Source: Gammaproteobacteria bacterium (GTDB taxonomy: Bacteria; Pseudomonadota; Gammaproteobacteria; CBDDKY01). From it: 64,000 nt of DNA. The position numbers and the translations under genes are program-made. A model generated the notes under the pieces. The model searched no databases, had not been told where the DNA came from, and saw only the letters and a program-made list of their open reading frames with translations. Where the stretch lies: NCBI GenBank assembly GCA_965230455.1, contig CBDDKY010000003.1:1439856-1503855 (forward strand), given 5' to 3'. Position 1 is the first letter of the stretch. Each line of letters starts with the position of its first letter. Shown piece by piece: positions 62,408 through 64,000 of the stretch.

Positions 62408-62632
62408 AAAAAAGGAAGTTCAATTTATCACAAAAAAATGACTTTTTTTTGTGCAGGCGTCAGATATTCAACTATACTTATTTCTGTGCATATTTTAATC
62501 TGTTTTTAAGGGGCGTCCCCTTATTTTCATAAATAATGTTTGAGCACTGTGAATTTTTGATAAAGCCCAGGTACAACATAAGCTAGGGAAGCAAAGAGAG
62601 CAGCGGATAGCCCCCAATGGGAGCTTAGGATT

Positions 62633-64000
62633 GTGAGTGACATAGAAATTAGGAATCAAGAAGACGAACTTTTGAGCTCTGGCAGTTTACCTGATGGGGC
62701 TGCGGTTGCCGTAAATCCAGCTGAAGTGGTTCATTCGACAGACCCAGATAATCCTCCGGTGCTATTAATTCAGGATGGAGATGATCTTATTATCCATCAC
62801 GAAGATGGAAATCATGTTAGAATCACAGACTTTTTCGTGTCTCTATCGGTAGGCGAATTTGCACCGGGCTTTTCCCATGGCGGAGAAATCTATTATCCTG
62901 CTGATTTTGATTCCATTGCGCCCGCCATTGTTGATTTTCCTTATCCTCACATTACCTTATTCAGTTATGAATCTAACCCGCGAGAGGCATTAGAAGGGTT
63001 GGATTTACCAAAACTCAGGAGTGCTGAAGATACAACTTTTGAATTTATTGCAGCTACTGCGAGCTTAGATTTTCGTCCCCAACTGGATTTAAATGGCCCT
63101 AGTATTAGCGGTTCAAGCTTTAGTACAACGCATACCGAAGATATGGGCCCGGTTAATGTTGTTGCGGCCACCACAGATATCAGCGATTTAGATTCACCAA
63201 TCCTGACTTTTGTCACCGTAAGTTTTGTAGGAGGAATGCCACCCGATGGTGCGGCCGAGTCACTTATTGCTGATACCTCTGGAACGTCCATTACAGCGAT
63301 TTATAACCCTGTTACGGGTATTTTATTATTATCAGGAAATGCAAATTTGGCTGACTATGAACAGGTTCTACGCAGCGTACAATATGAGAATACTTCACAG
63401 GACCCTGATACGGCTTTTCGTGTTTTAGAAATTGTGGCGCATGATGATGTGGGACCAGGAGCTCCTGCTTTTTCTACCATTCGTGTGGTTAGTGTTAATG
63501 ACACGCCTATGGCTAATGATGATAGGGATGCGCCGCTTCCAGGACCATTATCAGAAGTAGAATCTAACGACAGTATTGCTGGTGCGCAGGATTTAGAGGC
63601 AGGCGATTGGAACTTGGCTTTTGACCCAAATATCGGCGATAGTAGTACGAATACCTCAACCAGTATCCCTCACATCACGGTGGTTGGCAGTGGTGATGGA
63701 ACCTTCGATTATTACAGTTTTAATGCGACAGCTGGTTCTCGAGGAATCTTTGATATAGATTCCACTAACTTTGATACGGAGTTATTCCTCTACGATAGCA
63801 GTGGGACTTTGCTTGCCAGTAATGATGATAATTTTACTAATCCAGGTGCTGGTGGTAGTAATTCTATTTTTGATTCATTCATTGAATATACTTTTTTGAC
63901 AACAGATACATTTACTATTGCGGTTGGGCGTTTTAATTCTTTTGATGATGGCGGGGCCGTAGCAGGTACGCCACCCGGTGTAGGTGATAATTATACCTTA
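62633..64000 (+). CDS. Large acidic T1SS-secreted adhesin, N-terminal part (runs off the window's right edge)
   Basis: Manual translation from GTG 62633: BapA-prefix-like QDGDDLII..DG..V.I.DFF, cadherin/Ig-like unit (LDLNG...YEQVLRSVQYEN...VNDTP), PPC-like domain (EVESND, DYYSF, DTELFLYD...NDD). Confidence 0.82.
   Translation, partial: MSDIEIRNQEDELLSSGSLPDGAAVAVNPAEVVHSTDPDNPPVLLIQDGDDLIIHHEDGNHVRITDFFVSLSVGEFAPGFSHGGEIYYPADFDSIAPAIVDFPYPHITLFSYESNPREALEGLDLPKLRSAEDTTFEFIAATASLDFRPQLDLNGPSISGSSFSTTHTEDMGPVNVVAATTDISDLDSPILTFVTVSFVGGMPPDGAAESLIADTSGTSITAIYNPVTGILLLSGNANLADYEQVLRSVQYENTSQDPDTAFRVLEIVAHDDVGPGAPAFSTIRVVSVNDTPMANDDRDAPLPGPLSEVESNDSIAGAQDLEAGDWNLAFDPNIGDSSTNTSTSIPHITVVGSGDGTFDYYSFNATAGSRGIFDIDSTNFDTELFLYDSSGTLLASNDDNFTNPGAGGSNSIFDSFIEYTFLTTDTFTIAVGRFNSFDDGGAVAGTPPGVGDNYTL

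Noticed and set aside
62965-63428. 108-aa and 60-aa ORFs
   Set aside because: Shadows of the long adhesin reading frame.

Overview
A 64-kb chromosomal segment of a gammaproteobacterium. A Legionellales/Coxiellales-like, probably eukaryote-associated lifestyle is inferred from an LbtU-like porin, an ankyrin protein and a CaaX-terminated protein. The backbone is housekeeping genes: prkA (partial), pepN-trpFBA-accD-folC-dedD-cvpA-purF, guaBA, cydAB, ypjD-corB, alaC-hom-thrC, recJ, rnt-pyrC, nth-rnfB-metG, apbC-dcd, queG and dps. It also holds a type I secretion locus with a partial giant adhesin, and an AT-rich signalling cluster whose kinase carries an ethylene-receptor-like sensor domain. Intergenic space holds about 20 miniature palindromic elements (MITEs) from several families. 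The main result is an IS110 element (11884-13290) whose bridge RNA can be read from the sequence: four guide segments match its insertion site and its own circle junction. It sits in the hairpin loop of an ERIC-like MITE, and an unoccupied matching target lies in another MITE at 25309-25320. Also notable: a 248-bp structured insertion without terminal repeats whose precise removal restores a histidine kinase, and a second structured repeat family sharing its GTGAG end. No rRNA, tRNA or CRISPR array was seen.
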